This document shows, piece by piece, positions 27,632-39,100 of a stretch of 64,000 bases of DNA. This stretch comes from a virus: the IMG/VR virus record IMGVR_UViG_3300016472_001104, positions 1-64,000 of that record; one strand, written 5' to 3'. The position numbers were made by a program, and so were the translations under genes. The notes below the pieces were generated by a model. That model was given only the letters and a program-made list of their open reading frames with translations, did no database searches and was not told the origin of the DNA. The first letter of the stretch is position 1. Every line of letters starts with the position of its first letter.

Positions 27632-30600
27632 ATGGCGATAAATGATGATAAGAATGTTAAAAAGCAGACTGATGCCGCCAAACGATCATTAGAAGAAACA
27701 AAACAGCAGCTTTCTGAAATTGCTAAAAAAGTACAAGAGTTTAGCACGCAAATTTCTGCGTCTCTTGAGATCGTTGCTGCGGGTTTTGATAAAATCAACG
27801 ACAAGATAAAAGACAATTCAGAATCCATAGAATCTCTTAGCGATCAAACTGATGTCTTTGAAATGTTGCAAGAATCAATGCAACAAACGTCAGAGGACAC
27901 TGAAAACTCAACAAAGTTAATTGGGAAACTTGCTGATGCGATAAAAAAGCAAGGAAAACAACAAGAAGAAGCATCAAAAGCTGCGGGATTTAAAAAGGGA
28001 GGCGATGGTAAAAACAACGTATACGAGCAGATATCAAAATCTTCAAAAAATGCAGCAAAAGGATTGACACTTTTATCTGCTGCGTCTAAGGCACTAAGTG
28101 CAGCGTTTAATACGATAAAGTTCGGTGTCACAGGATTAATAGACGTCATTTCAAGCCTTTTTGGTGCCGCAATGACGTTGGGAAAACTCGTATTTAACTT
28201 TGTCTCAGCCCTTTGGGAAAAAGTCTTTGACATGGCGAAGGAGATGATGCAACAGGGGGTTGAGTACGCCAGAGCCGTAGAAGAAATAAGGGAAAAATTT
28301 GGTGATGTGTCAAAGGGTGTCGGTAAGGCCGTCGTTGACATGGGAAATCAAATTTTTGCGGGAGGTGCTGCAGGCCTATCAGGTTTCGCGCTTTTTGAAA
28401 ACAAAGCAGATGCGTTAAGAAAAATGGGTGAAATGGCTGCGGCCGGAGGCGCTGCTTTCGAATTATTGATTGATCAATTTAGAGGAAAAAACCTTAACGA
28501 TTTATACGCATTCAAGGAGGGTCTTGGTCTCACAAATGAAGAGTTTGCTGGAATGACACGTGCAGCAATCGTTGCAGGCAAACCAATCAAGAGTTTAATG
28601 TTAGATGTTCAAAAATATGCCAGAGGTTTAACAAATGAGTTTGGTGGAACTGCAAAGGCGTTTAAATCAATCTCGCGTGATATAGTGAAGGCAAGAATGG
28701 ATGTCAGGCACTTTGCAAACGTTGCCACAAAGGACCTGGCTGCCGCTGCTATGTATGCCCGTAAGCTTGGTGTTGAACTTGAAAAGATCGTTGGCATCAT
28801 GGATGCATTTGATACGTTTGACTCTGCCGCAGAAAACGTATCTAAGCTGTCACAGGCGTTCGGCGTCAACTTAGACGTCATGGAATTGATGAGTGCAAAG
28901 ACGCCGACCGAGCAGGTCGAAATGATCAAGAAATCGTTTGCTGCGGCCGGCAAGTCAGTTGAGACGATGAATCGTCAAGAATTGAAATACCTTGCAACTA
29001 CGTTGAGCCTCGATGAGGCGACAACCCAACAATTGTTGTCTACCAAGAATCAAGGTGTCGCAATGGACAAGTTGAACAAATCAACAAAGTCTATGGAACA
29101 CCAGATGTTAGACACCGCCTCGGCCATGAAGGATATCATGGGTGAAATCAAGAAGGTCGTCAGGGAAATTCAGATACAAGGAAGTGGGTTCTTCAGCGTA
29201 TTTCTTGAGGGATTCATGCAAGGTATCGTCAGGTCTGGTCCTTTTAGGAACATGTTGAAGGATATTGCCCAGGCTATTGTCAAGGTGAGAAATGCCGGAA
29301 TAAAGCTCGGAATGATCTTTGTTGAAACATTTCCAGGGCTAAAAAAGATGATGGAATCATTGGGTCACCTCATGCCAAAGATTTCAAACCTTTTCACAGT
29401 ATGGGGAAACACCGCTGCAAACTTCTTTAAACAATTGAAGGAAGGAAAGGCAAATGTTGATGATTTTATTGACTCTTTGATCGGCGACACAAAGGGATTC
29501 TTCAGATCTGCCGGTAAGGACGGAGAAGATTTCCTTGATGGTGTCTCTGAGGTGTTCGGTGCATTTGGAACGATACTCAAAGGAATTGCGATAAAAATCG
29601 TCAAGACGATCGGCGAGGTCCTTCAAAAGGCGTTTTCTTTCATTGCAGACGTGTTAGAAGGAAAGAAGAGCATTTCTGAAATACTATCGAATCAATTTGG
29701 CAAAGTTGGTGGTGCAGCGACCAAGGGTTATAACAAGGCCAAGAAAGAATTATCACCGGTGTGGGATGCATTGGTCGGAGCATTTGAAAAAGTTCAACCA
29801 CAACTTGAAAGAATCTGGAATGCCATAGTTGAAAAGATGAAAAAAGGATTCGATGAATTTCTAGATTATCTTGGAAAAAAATGGCAATCATTTGATTTAA
29901 TAGGTTTTATTGCCAATAATCCTAAAGCAAGTTTTATGTTGACACTCTGGGGGATTAGTAAGTTTCCAGGTGTTGTAAGCGCTGGTGCAGATTTTGCTAA
30001 GTTTTTTTTCAGAGGATTTTCATCAGTTGGTATACCTGCACTAAAAAATGTTTTTGAAAACGTTCAAGCAAATTTTGCTCCAGGTGGTGCAGGGTTAAAA
30101 GGTTTACCTGGAATGATGTCTAAAAACACAAAGGTCGGTGGTGGTATGGCCCTAGCTGGCGTTGCGGCGGGTATGGGTGCTGATAAACTTTATGAATCAG
30201 GTCATGAACGCCTTGGCGGTGCAGCACGTATGGGTTCCCGTGCGCTTGAATTTGGTGGATTAGGGATGATGGTTGGTGGTCCTCTTGGAGCCGCCGCTGG
30301 TGCCGCTCTCGGTTTAGCATATGCAACAGCATTTGATGGTGCTTTGGATGATGTTCTTGTTACTAAGCTTCCATCCGCTGAAAAAGTACAAAAAACAGCT
30401 GAAGACATATTGTCACACAAAGGTGCATTAAAAGTTGAAATCTCAAAAACAACAACAAGTCAATCATTTCTTAATTTAAAAGAAAACCTTGATCAACAGC
30501 GAGCACGTTATATTGCTGAAGCAACATCAACATGGAACGTTGATGATCAAGAGATCGAAAATATGCATGGAATGATGGAGGAATATTTTGCCTCAACTAT

Positions 30601-31825
30601 TCCTCAAATGTCTGAAGCGCAAATTAGAGATCTTGCAAAACAAGAAGAATATTCATTAAATAAGGTCGGGGAAGGTTTAAATACCGCAAGGATGTTTAGT
30701 ATCAAGCAGTTAGAGGAAGAACACAAAGGTGAATACCTTACGATGGAACAGCTTGGTGAACTTGGTTTATCTGATCAAGCAAAAGCTGTGTTTAGGAGTT
30801 ACCAAAGAATTAGAAAGTTGAATGATGCGGTTAATGAGAAATCAAAAGCCGCTGCAAATGTTTCTACATCTGTAGGAGCCTCTGCAAGTGCCTCCGCAGA
30901 GGCCTCAGCGGCAGCAGCAAAGAAAGCAGAAGAAGAAGGAAAGAGGATGATGGAAGAGACCATTGATGAAATGGGTCTTACAACTGTTGATAATGTTGAT
31001 GAAAGAATAAAAAAGATTTTATCGGTTGGCGAAAAGATCTCTGGTAGTAAAGATAAATTTGAAGAGCAAATGAAAAAGGTTAGAGCTGACCTTGCAAGCA
31101 TGAATTTTTCTTTATTTGAAAACGAAGGAGATCGTAATAAATTCGCGAAGAATCTCGGTGATGCATCATCCATCCTTACGTTTATAACAACGATGGAAAA
31201 ACTTATCGTATCAATGGACAATCTGAACAAGGCGGCAACAAACTTCGGTGGTGCAGACCAACAGGCATCGATACTAGGAAAATTCTTAAAAAACATATCA
31301 TCGATCAAGAGTGGATTTGAATCGATATCAAACACATTCAAGGGTGCTGCGTCTGCTGACTTTAGTGGTATTGAATCTTTCATACAACTGACAGAGAAGC
31401 TAAGTGATCATTCAGGAAAAATTGTTGAAAATCTTGAAGAGTTTGGTGAAAACGTTGGAAAGATTCAAGTCAGCAAGACGATGGACGCAATAAGGGGGTT
31501 GTCGAGATCCTTGGCAGATATGCAAGCAGAGATGAAAAAGACCCTGGAAGAAGGTGCAAAAGGTGTCAGTATTAAACTAGCACCCGCTCAAACAAATCTT
31601 GCAGGAAAGGGTGGAGTACAGGTCAAGAGTACCCCGATACAGCAAAACATCAAAATCGAAGTTCAGATGAAGACTTCAGATATTGAACAGATGATATTCA
31701 AGGATTCAAAGTCAATAACGTTGGAGGGTCTTAATAAGACTCTTGAAATGGTAAATGCTCATCAAGCAGACAACAAGTTGTTTTATACCGGCGTAGGATT
31801 TACTGCTATTCCTCCAAAGTCATAA
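27632..31825 (+). CDS. Tape measure protein
   Basis: 1397 aa, Ala/Lys-rich and helical, with a glycine-zipper hydrophobic segment (GGPLGAAAGAALG); canonical position after the chaperone. Confidence 0.85.
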   Translation: MAINDDKNVKKQTDAAKRSLEETKQQLSEIAKKVQEFSTQISASLEIVAAGFDKINDKIKDNSESIESLSDQTDVFEMLQESMQQTSEDTENSTKLIGKLADAIKKQGKQQEEASKAAGFKKGGDGKNNVYEQISKSSKNAAKGLTLLSAASKALSAAFNTIKFGVTGLIDVISSLFGAAMTLGKLVFNFVSALWEKVFDMAKEMMQQGVEYARAVEEIREKFGDVSKGVGKAVVDMGNQIFAGGAAGLSGFALFENKADALRKMGEMAAAGGAAFELLIDQFRGKNLNDLYAFKEGLGLTNEEFAGMTRAAIVAGKPIKSLMLDVQKYARGLTNEFGGTAKAFKSISRDIVKARMDVRHFANVATKDLAAAAMYARKLGVELEKIVGIMDAFDTFDSAAENVSKLSQAFGVNLDVMELMSAKTPTEQVEMIKKSFAAAGKSVETMNRQELKYLATTLSLDEATTQQLLSTKNQGVAMDKLNKSTKSMEHQMLDTASAMKDIMGEIKKVVREIQIQGSGFFSVFLEGFMQGIVRSGPFRNMLKDIAQAIVKVRNAGIKLGMIFVETFPGLKKMMESLGHLMPKISNLFTVWGNTAANFFKQLKEGKANVDDFIDSLIGDTKGFFRSAGKDGEDFLDGVSEVFGAFGTILKGIAIKIVKTIGEVLQKAFSFIADVLEGKKSISEILSNQFGKVGGAATKGYNKAKKELSPVWDALVGAFEKVQPQLERIWNAIVEKMKKGFDEFLDYLGKKWQSFDLIGFIANNPKASFMLTLWGISKFPGVVSAGADFAKFFFRGFSSVGIPALKNVFENVQANFAPGGAGLKGLPGMMSKNTKVGGGMALAGVAAGMGADKLYESGHERLGGAARMGSRALEFGGLGMMVGGPLGAAAGAALGLAYATAFDGALDDVLVTKLPSAEKVQKTAEDILSHKGALKVEISKTTTSQSFLNLKENLDQQRARYIAEATSTWNVDDQEIENMHGMMEEYFASTIPQMSEAQIRDLAKQEEYSLNKVGEGLNTARMFSIKQLEEEHKGEYLTMEQLGELGLSDQAKAVFRSYQRIRKLNDAVNEKSKAAANVSTSVGASASASAEASAAAAKKAEEEGKRMMEETIDEMGLTTVDNVDERIKKILSVGEKISGSKDKFEEQMKKVRADLASMNFSLFENEGDRNKFAKNLGDASSILTFITTMEKLIVSMDNLNKAATNFGGADQQASILGKFLKNISSIKSGFESISNTFKGAASADFSGIESFIQLTEKLSDHSGKIVENLEEFGENVGKIQVSKTMDAIRGLSRSLADMQAEMKKTLEEGAKGVSIKLAPAQTNLAGKGGVQVKSTPIQQNIKIEVQMKTSDIEQMIFKDSKSITLEGLNKTLEMVNAHQADNKLFYTGVGFTAIPPKS

Positions 31826-31848
31826 ATAAAATCTTTATATTTGTAAAA

Positions 31849-32133
31849 ATGAAAACCCAAAACCTAGAAGATTACCTAAAAAACTTAAGATCAGATCCAA
31901 CTCATGCTGCACTTATTAAGAAAGTTCCGCAAGAGGAACGAAAAAAAGTGATCAATCTTGTCGAGTACATAACAAGCACGTTGTTTGAAAGCATGACGTT
32001 AGCTATGAGCGCAGCAGCGTCTGATCCTGAAATTTCGCAACAACTTACCGAGGCGTTGAAAGACGGAAACGGGATAATTAAGGAGAGCGATGGTTCACCC
32101 ATTGTATCCACGGAAAAACCGGAAGAAAAGTGA
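31849..32133 (+). CDS. Hypothetical protein
   Basis: 94-aa ORF. Confidence 0.65.
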   Translation: MKTQNLEDYLKNLRSDPTHAALIKKVPQEERKKVINLVEYITSTLFESMTLAMSAAASDPEISQQLTEALKDGNGIIKESDGSPIVSTEKPEEK

Positions 32134-32142
32134 CGGTGTTCA

Positions 32143-35100
32143 ATGTCTGATATAAAAACTGGAAACAAGGGGTTTGTCAATCCCATCGACGGAAAGGTTT
32201 ATCACATCGATCAGGTTCCTGTCGGTGAGGATGGCGTTAACATACCAGACAACCTAAAACCCGTTGATCCAGGAAATATTAAGATAGATTCAACTGTCAA
32301 GGACATCGGGAAGAAAACGCGATTGACGTTGGGAACATACCTCAGCGAGCTAACGAAGGGAAACGTAGGTTCAACCAGCGTTTCTAACAAGTATACAATC
32401 GATCCTCCCACTGATGCAACCCAGACATCAACCATTGTTGATGAAAAAGGCTATCCATCACCGATATCACCCTCACAAAATTCGAAACAATTTAATAAGG
32501 GTTTACCTTCATCATTTTCAAATGAATTTTCTAAGTTGCAGCAAGGTGGAGAGAAGATAAAGAAAGGGTTATCATCTGTCGACGCTCCGGACGGAAACAC
32601 GTTGCTACCGGATGCAAAGAAGCAAGGATCACCAATTCCTGAATATACGTCTTCTGTCGTATCAAACAATGTTTTTAACTCTGAAGTAAACACGTATCTT
32701 GATCCGGAAATAGATCCGACCGCTCCTCCTGCGTCTTTTGAACCAGAGATTAACGACATTGCTGGTGGTGAAGCAAAGGGTGTTTATTCTGGAGCTGACA
32801 AAGACCCTCTAACCCTAAAAGAGTCCCGTCAGAAGGCCGTTGATGCCACGGAGAAGAATAGGTTTTCTTTGGACAAGACATCCGCAGATAAACCTCTTTC
32901 TTCAACGACAGATCCCGTGACCGGGGTGCCCTCTCAGCTAAGCGGGCAATCAAATGAAAATTCTTACGTTCCTGGGATCGACATAAAGCCTCAATCGTCT
33001 GATCCCAGTCTTGTTGGAACTGGTTTTTCAAAAGGAAAAAATGTCAAGGTAGAGTATGACGGTCACAATCTTCTAAAGACCGTGTCTGGAAACACAAATA
33101 CAACGACCAACAACCTTGCTAAAAAATCAAGCGGTGTTGGCGGTGCAACTGATGATGAGTTTGGCGTCCCCGTCAACAATGGAAAGAACGTTCCATCAGG
33201 TCATCCAATTTCAAGTTATAAAACCGGTGGTTTGGGAGTCTTGTCTGCAGGAAATAATCGTTGGGCACCCAAGGTCACATCAGATCCAGGTTTCAATCCT
33301 TCATTAAAGGTTGTGGGTCAGTCTGAACCGGTGTCTCATTTGAAGATGGCCAAGGTTGGAACGGGACTTTTGCAACGTGCGTCTGCAGAAATACCAGCTT
33401 TTACTGCTGATAGATTTGATCCTACGTCTAACACTGCGGAATTAGGTGCGATTTTGCCCTCTGCTGCCCAATTAGGAATATTAAAGGTTAATAACCAGTT
33501 ATTGAGTGCAAAGGATGTGTTAAATTCACTTGAAGATTCTGAAGTTGATACTGCCTCTTTGTCATCAATTGCACCGTTCGGTGGACAATCATGGGGAAAT
33601 TTAACGTCACCATCAGAACCCTTTGATGATCCCAGCAGCATCGGACTTAGCGTAACGATGCTATTGATGGTTAATGCAATCACGCTTTTATTAGATTCGA
33701 TTGCACCTCCAGGTAATGGTGATCGACCAATAAAAACCGAAAAAGGTCGTAGGGTAAAAGGAAAGAGCACGTTTAAAGCTGAAAATAATTCTTTTGCATT
33801 TGATGTTTGGAAGTTTTTTGGAATCTATCAAACAAGAAACAACTTTAGGCGAGCTGTATCCGTGGGCAGTAAGGCATTCTTTTTAGGGGGTAAGAATGCA
33901 GGTATCACAAACGGTGACTTGGCACTTGCGACCTTAGGAGCAGGCCTTGATTCAATCATCGGTGATGGTTCTGCTGTCGGTGCAAACCTTTCAGTGTGCA
34001 GAACGATCATCAGATCAGGCTTGATCATTGCTGATTATTTTTCTTCAATTTACAAGAGAGGTGTTGAAAGTTTCACCGGAGGTGCCAAGGCATCACTGGG
34101 ACTTGTCAAAATCGTTAGGTCTTCTAAACTGGTTCGTGCTCTCAACGTTTTTGCGATGCTAGGTGATAATGTGATCGAAGCGAGCCGTGGCCCCGCGCTC
34201 ACAAATCCAGACGGAAGTTTTGAGAAGTTTTCAGGTCCTGATTCAATTGACCCAAACTTCTTTGATATTGATAAAGGTAACAAAAAAATTAAAGGAATCA
34301 AAGGCAGTCAAACATCAATTAAAAAAAGCAGATTAACATACGGCGATAATTATGATCCCACTTTGGCATGGTCATCAGCTCGTTCTCCATCAATTTATTT
34401 GACAAATCCTGGAATAACCGCGATAGTAGCGCAAGATTCTGAAGGAAATTTAGGATCATTTAAAGGTAGTGCGTTGTTATCAAACAAAAGCAACGGTGGA
34501 ACTCCACACGCGATATTTCACAAAACTGCCGAAAGTGGAACGTCAAGGATCAGTAATGACGACAGGGAAGTTTTTGAAAGAATCCTTGATGCAGAGTACG
34601 TACCGTTTTCCTTTCACGACGTGAGAACGAATGAGGTCATTTCTTTTCATGCATTCCTTGCATCACTAACAGATGATTACACCGTTGCATACGATACGAC
34701 AGAAGGTTTTGGAAGGATTGAGCCCGTTAAAACTTACAAGGGAACGATAAGAAGGATTGGAATGAGCTTCTACGTTGCTGCGACGTCGGAGCAAGATTTC
34801 GACCACATGTGGTTTAAGATCAATAAGCTGTCAACGATGGTATATCCTCAGTACACGTCAGGAAGAGATTTATTACCAGGAAATTACAGCTTCAAAGCTC
34901 CATTTAGTCAATTGCCTGCAGCAAGCCCCTTGATAAGAATCAGGCTTGGAGATTTAATACGATCAAATTATTCTAGGTTTGCACTGGCAAGGTTGTTCGG
35001 TGCTGCTGATGGAACGATGAAATTGCCTAATTCTGACGCAGTTAATTTTGATAGTGAACAAACTAAAAGAGTTAACAAATTAGCAAAATCTTTTCAAGAA

Positions 35101-35805
35101 TCTACAAACCCAATATTTGTTGGAAAATCTTTAGATAAATTTGCGTTTAATGATAAATTTCAACATAATAGTTTTTTTGATCTTTATCTAGAGGATGAAT
35201 TAAGTGATGATTTGATCATTTCTTTAAAAGAAACTGGCGTTGTTAATTCAGTAAAAATTAAACAAATTTCTAGTGAAGATTCTGAAGAATATATCGTTGA
35301 TTGTAATGTTTCTTTTAATCGTGTACAGATTGAAACTACGTCAATTATTGAAGAATTTTTAAGTGATGTTTCAAAAAAATATTTTTCAAATTTAAATCTT
35401 ACATTTTCTATCCCGCCTGATAATCCTATTTTTTATCAGCTTTATCAATTTCAAGCAGGATTGCAATTAGGAATTGATATAAAATCCGCAGGTGAATTTG
35501 CTGCACTAGATAGTTTCATGCAGCCTGAAAACAATGCAATTGTTAAATCTTTTGAATCAGCTGCGGGTCGAGGTTTAGCAGGTGTTATTGAAACCATGAA
35601 TTTTGATTGGTATGATAAGGTCACGTGGTCAACAGATTTTGGTCGCACTGCACCGAAGATGTGCAAGGTGACGATATCCTTCTCACCGATCCATGATATT
35701 TCTCCTGGAATTGATCACTTGGGTTACAATAGGGCTCCTATATATCCTGTCGGCGCTGGATCTGCACCATCAATAACTAAAAAACCAGTACCAGATGAAA
35801 TCTAA
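32143..35805 (+). CDS. Baseplate/tube-initiator-like protein with long N-terminal extension
   Basis: C-terminal F.AFL.SLTD.Y...Y....FGR.EPV.TY.GT.R.I.MSF, PLIRIRLGD, GVI..MNFDW and PK.CKVTISF match a tube-fold baseplate protein. Confidence 0.6.
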   Translation: MSDIKTGNKGFVNPIDGKVYHIDQVPVGEDGVNIPDNLKPVDPGNIKIDSTVKDIGKKTRLTLGTYLSELTKGNVGSTSVSNKYTIDPPTDATQTSTIVDEKGYPSPISPSQNSKQFNKGLPSSFSNEFSKLQQGGEKIKKGLSSVDAPDGNTLLPDAKKQGSPIPEYTSSVVSNNVFNSEVNTYLDPEIDPTAPPASFEPEINDIAGGEAKGVYSGADKDPLTLKESRQKAVDATEKNRFSLDKTSADKPLSSTTDPVTGVPSQLSGQSNENSYVPGIDIKPQSSDPSLVGTGFSKGKNVKVEYDGHNLLKTVSGNTNTTTNNLAKKSSGVGGATDDEFGVPVNNGKNVPSGHPISSYKTGGLGVLSAGNNRWAPKVTSDPGFNPSLKVVGQSEPVSHLKMAKVGTGLLQRASAEIPAFTADRFDPTSNTAELGAILPSAAQLGILKVNNQLLSAKDVLNSLEDSEVDTASLSSIAPFGGQSWGNLTSPSEPFDDPSSIGLSVTMLLMVNAITLLLDSIAPPGNGDRPIKTEKGRRVKGKSTFKAENNSFAFDVWKFFGIYQTRNNFRRAVSVGSKAFFLGGKNAGITNGDLALATLGAGLDSIIGDGSAVGANLSVCRTIIRSGLIIADYFSSIYKRGVESFTGGAKASLGLVKIVRSSKLVRALNVFAMLGDNVIEASRGPALTNPDGSFEKFSGPDSIDPNFFDIDKGNKKIKGIKGSQTSIKKSRLTYGDNYDPTLAWSSARSPSIYLTNPGITAIVAQDSEGNLGSFKGSALLSNKSNGGTPHAIFHKTAESGTSRISNDDREVFERILDAEYVPFSFHDVRTNEVISFHAFLASLTDDYTVAYDTTEGFGRIEPVKTYKGTIRRIGMSFYVAATSEQDFDHMWFKINKLSTMVYPQYTSGRDLLPGNYSFKAPFSQLPAASPLIRIRLGDLIRSNYSRFALARLFGAADGTMKLPNSDAVNFDSEQTKRVNKLAKSFQESTNPIFVGKSLDKFAFNDKFQHNSFFDLYLEDELSDDLIISLKETGVVNSVKIKQISSEDSEEYIVDCNVSFNRVQIETTSIIEEFLSDVSKKYFSNLNLTFSIPPDNPIFYQLYQFQAGLQLGIDIKSAGEFAALDSFMQPENNAIVKSFESAAGRGLAGVIETMNFDWYDKVTWSTDFGRTAPKMCKVTISFSPIHDISPGIDHLGYNRAPIYPVGAGSAPSITKKPVPDEI

Positions 35806-35853
35806 CATTAACGTGGGAATCATTAACGTTTAATGTGATAGTTAATTGTTGAA

Positions 35854-36150
35854 ATGGCCTTCAGTCGATATAGAGGTGCTCCTGTTCTTTCTTTAGGAAA
35901 GCAATATGGAACGTATAGGGCAATCGCAGCCGTGAGACAAGCGATAAAAAACGGAATCGTTCCGATTGTTTCAACAATAACGATCAAAGAGGGACAACGA
36001 TTAGATCATCTCGCTGGGCTTTATTATAATGATTCAAATCTCTGGTGGGCAATTGCTGCAGCATCTGATATAGGATGGGGACTACAAGTACCGCCAGGAA
36101 CAATAATCAACATACCAGACATTAATGCAATTTCTTCTATCGTTGGGTGA
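35854..36150 (+). CDS. LysM-like baseplate protein (gp53/gpX-like)
   Basis: IKEGQRLDHLAGLYYNDSNLWWAIAAAS...PGT.I.IP. Confidence 0.8.
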   Translation: MAFSRYRGAPVLSLGKQYGTYRAIAAVRQAIKNGIVPIVSTITIKEGQRLDHLAGLYYNDSNLWWAIAAASDIGWGLQVPPGTIINIPDINAISSIVG

Positions 36151-36153
36151 TCT

Positions 36154-39100
36154 ATGGCCGATGTTGACTTAAAAGAGCTTACAGGGATTTATCGAAGTTT
36201 TTCTACGATAAACGATATAACTTCTGAGTACATTAGCACAAAAACTTCAGTAAACACAGACTATGTAAATAACTTGTTGAAAATTTTATTCCCAACAAGT
36301 TTAACGTTTCATTCTGGTTTATCGTTATGGAAAAAATTTACTGAAATTGCAAGTGATTCTGAAAAAAAACTTTCTAAATTGGTTAGATTTTACTATTTTG
36401 AGCCGAATCAAACAAATAGTTCAAGTGCAATATCTAGTTGGTATAGCGAAAAGGGTGGTAGGCCTTCAACGTATGCTTATCCAAGCATCAATAAAGATCA
36501 AAAAAACAAAAATCAACCAGAATATTCTACGGGATCATCATTGTCAGAAATGATGGATCCAGATGTTGTTGAAAAATTTAAGTCAAAAGTATCAATGATA
36601 CTCGTTGATACACCGGCGATAGATTTGAAATTAAGAAATGCTGACAAAGTTGAGATCTTTGCAAATTATTTTCCTTCTGTGATGATGTCACAAACAGTTC
36701 CTTATTTAGACGTTAAATTTATAACGCAGAAGGACGTTATAACAAATCCAAACTCAAAGATTATTGAAAAAGACGGGAAGCAAATACTGCTCACGGGTGG
36801 GTTTGATTTTTTAAGTCCAATTGGTTTTTTGAAAGGAAAGGGAATTTTTTCCGGGATTTCAAATGATCTGATGTATTCTGCATATAGCACTTATTATGAT
36901 AAACACGGTTCAGTTCCTACAAGGCCACCATCAACATCCAACAACGACCCTCCATCTGTGGGAAAAAACAGTTTGATGCAACAGGTATCTACGGGAATCG
37001 AAATGTTTACAATGCCTCAAACGTTGATCAACATGGATGACGTAGATAAGGTAAACCCACGCTACAATCCCATATTGAATCTAACAGTTCCTTTTGGAGC
37101 AATTCAAAGTGTTTCGATAAATGCTGTACCGTCATATAGCGTATTTTCATTTAAAACAGCTGCGTTAACGATGAAGATATTTGATCGTTCTAGGCTCAAT
37201 GAGATTGCAGAGATTTTAAATCCAATTCTATACTCAAAAACAACAGTGTTATTAACTTACGGTTGGAGAGCACCAGCACAACCACACAACGTGCAACTAC
37301 AAAACAAATATCACAATTTCATCAATGGAACAATGATGAAAAGTGAAACCTATGGGATTAGAAATTCATCAATTTCAATTGATAATTCAGGTGTGGTTAA
37401 TGTCACCCTAGATTTATTCACAAAAGGAACGGCAGAGTTAAGAGATGTGACGCCCACAAGTGGAACTGAAAATTACAATACACAGCAAAATGAATTATTA
37501 CAAAGGTTTGAAGATATAAAAAGGTTGGCGGAAAAATTAAACATTGTATCGATAAAATCAGCCGGCGAAGACATTAGAGGTTCAATGTTACTTGGTGCTG
37601 CTCTTGGTGGAGGTTTTCCACAAATGTCAGAATATGATGCATTTTATGATTTTAACAAATTACAAAATTCTCTTAGGCTGCAAAGTAACGAAAAAACCAA
37701 GAAAGATTCAGAAAAATTAATTAAGCTTATAAAAGATCTGTATATTACAACGGCTGATTTAAGACCTAATAATAACGGTCAATTATTACAACAACAGTTT
37801 AACGCTGGAGGAGATCAAAACCAGGTAAAGACATATTTTCAAGGTAAAGCAACAAATACTGTTTATAAACAACAACAGGAAATTCAAAATGCTGCTAAAA
37901 AAATAATCAAAAGCAGATTTGAATCTTTAAAAAAGAATAAAATTGATTTTTTCTCTTATATTCCAAAACTAGATAAACAACAAAAAGATTCTCAAGAGGT
38001 AAAAATTGCAAATCATCCTCTTCTTAATTTAACAGACAACATAGTAAAGGAACTTGCTAACGCAAAAGGTGATGTCAATAGTTTTCTAGGTAGCATTAAA
38101 TCAGATTATGGAGATTTTGGAAATCTTTCTTTTGGAAAGGTTTTGTTGACATACATCACATCTGCATGTCAAAACATCGATCCTAATGCAATTGCAGAAG
38201 AATATCAACTATTCTTTTACAACATGAACGAGAATGCAGGTCTTGTTGCAAATTTAAACATAGCTGAATTTCCAATAGAAATGTCAAGATTAGAGGATGC
38301 GTATACAAAAAGAGTCGTTGAACAAAGAGGCGAAAACATGACGCTTTTAAACTTTCTTGAAATTGTTAGAGAGTCTCAATTTTCTGACATACGACATCCG
38401 GCATTTGGATTTGCAGATCTTTATGAAAAAAAGCAGGGTACAGAAGACTTAATCTTAAAAGAAAAATGGGGTGCGCAGACTCTAGATGCTAATTTTATTC
38501 TTACGACTAGAGTAGCAAATGCAAACAAAGGTACGGGAGAACCGTTTTGTCAACCAACTATAGATTTTTATGTAGAGAGTGGTTATTCACAGAGTGATTC
38601 AAATCAAAACATAGAAGATTTGCTGGTTGGGTTTGACAAGGTTTCAAATGAAAAAATCTTTAGGAAATCTCAACCTGAAAAGATAATCAGAATTCACATA
38701 TATGATAAGGCTGCTTCACCGCACCAACTTGCCACAAGCATGCTAAAATCTCAAAAAGGTTTTATAAGGAAAACAGGAAAATATAAACAAACACAACCTG
38801 TAAATCCTCCCAACCCACCCGCAAAACCCTTGTCAAAGGAACAACAACAACAAAAGACTCAAGCAGAGGCATCTGCGCTTCAAAAAAAGAACCAAGAGAT
38901 ATCACAAATTACGGAGTCAGCAAAGAACGGTGATTTATCGTTGTTGAACAGTCGCAATGAGGCAACCGGTGAACCCGTAAGATACGAAAACATTTCATTC
39001 AGAGACGCAAACGGAAATCCAAGATTTGATCTACTAAAAAAGGAAATATCAAGGTTTGTTCCAACTTTAATCGTTGGTTCAGAAGGAAGCATGATAACAA

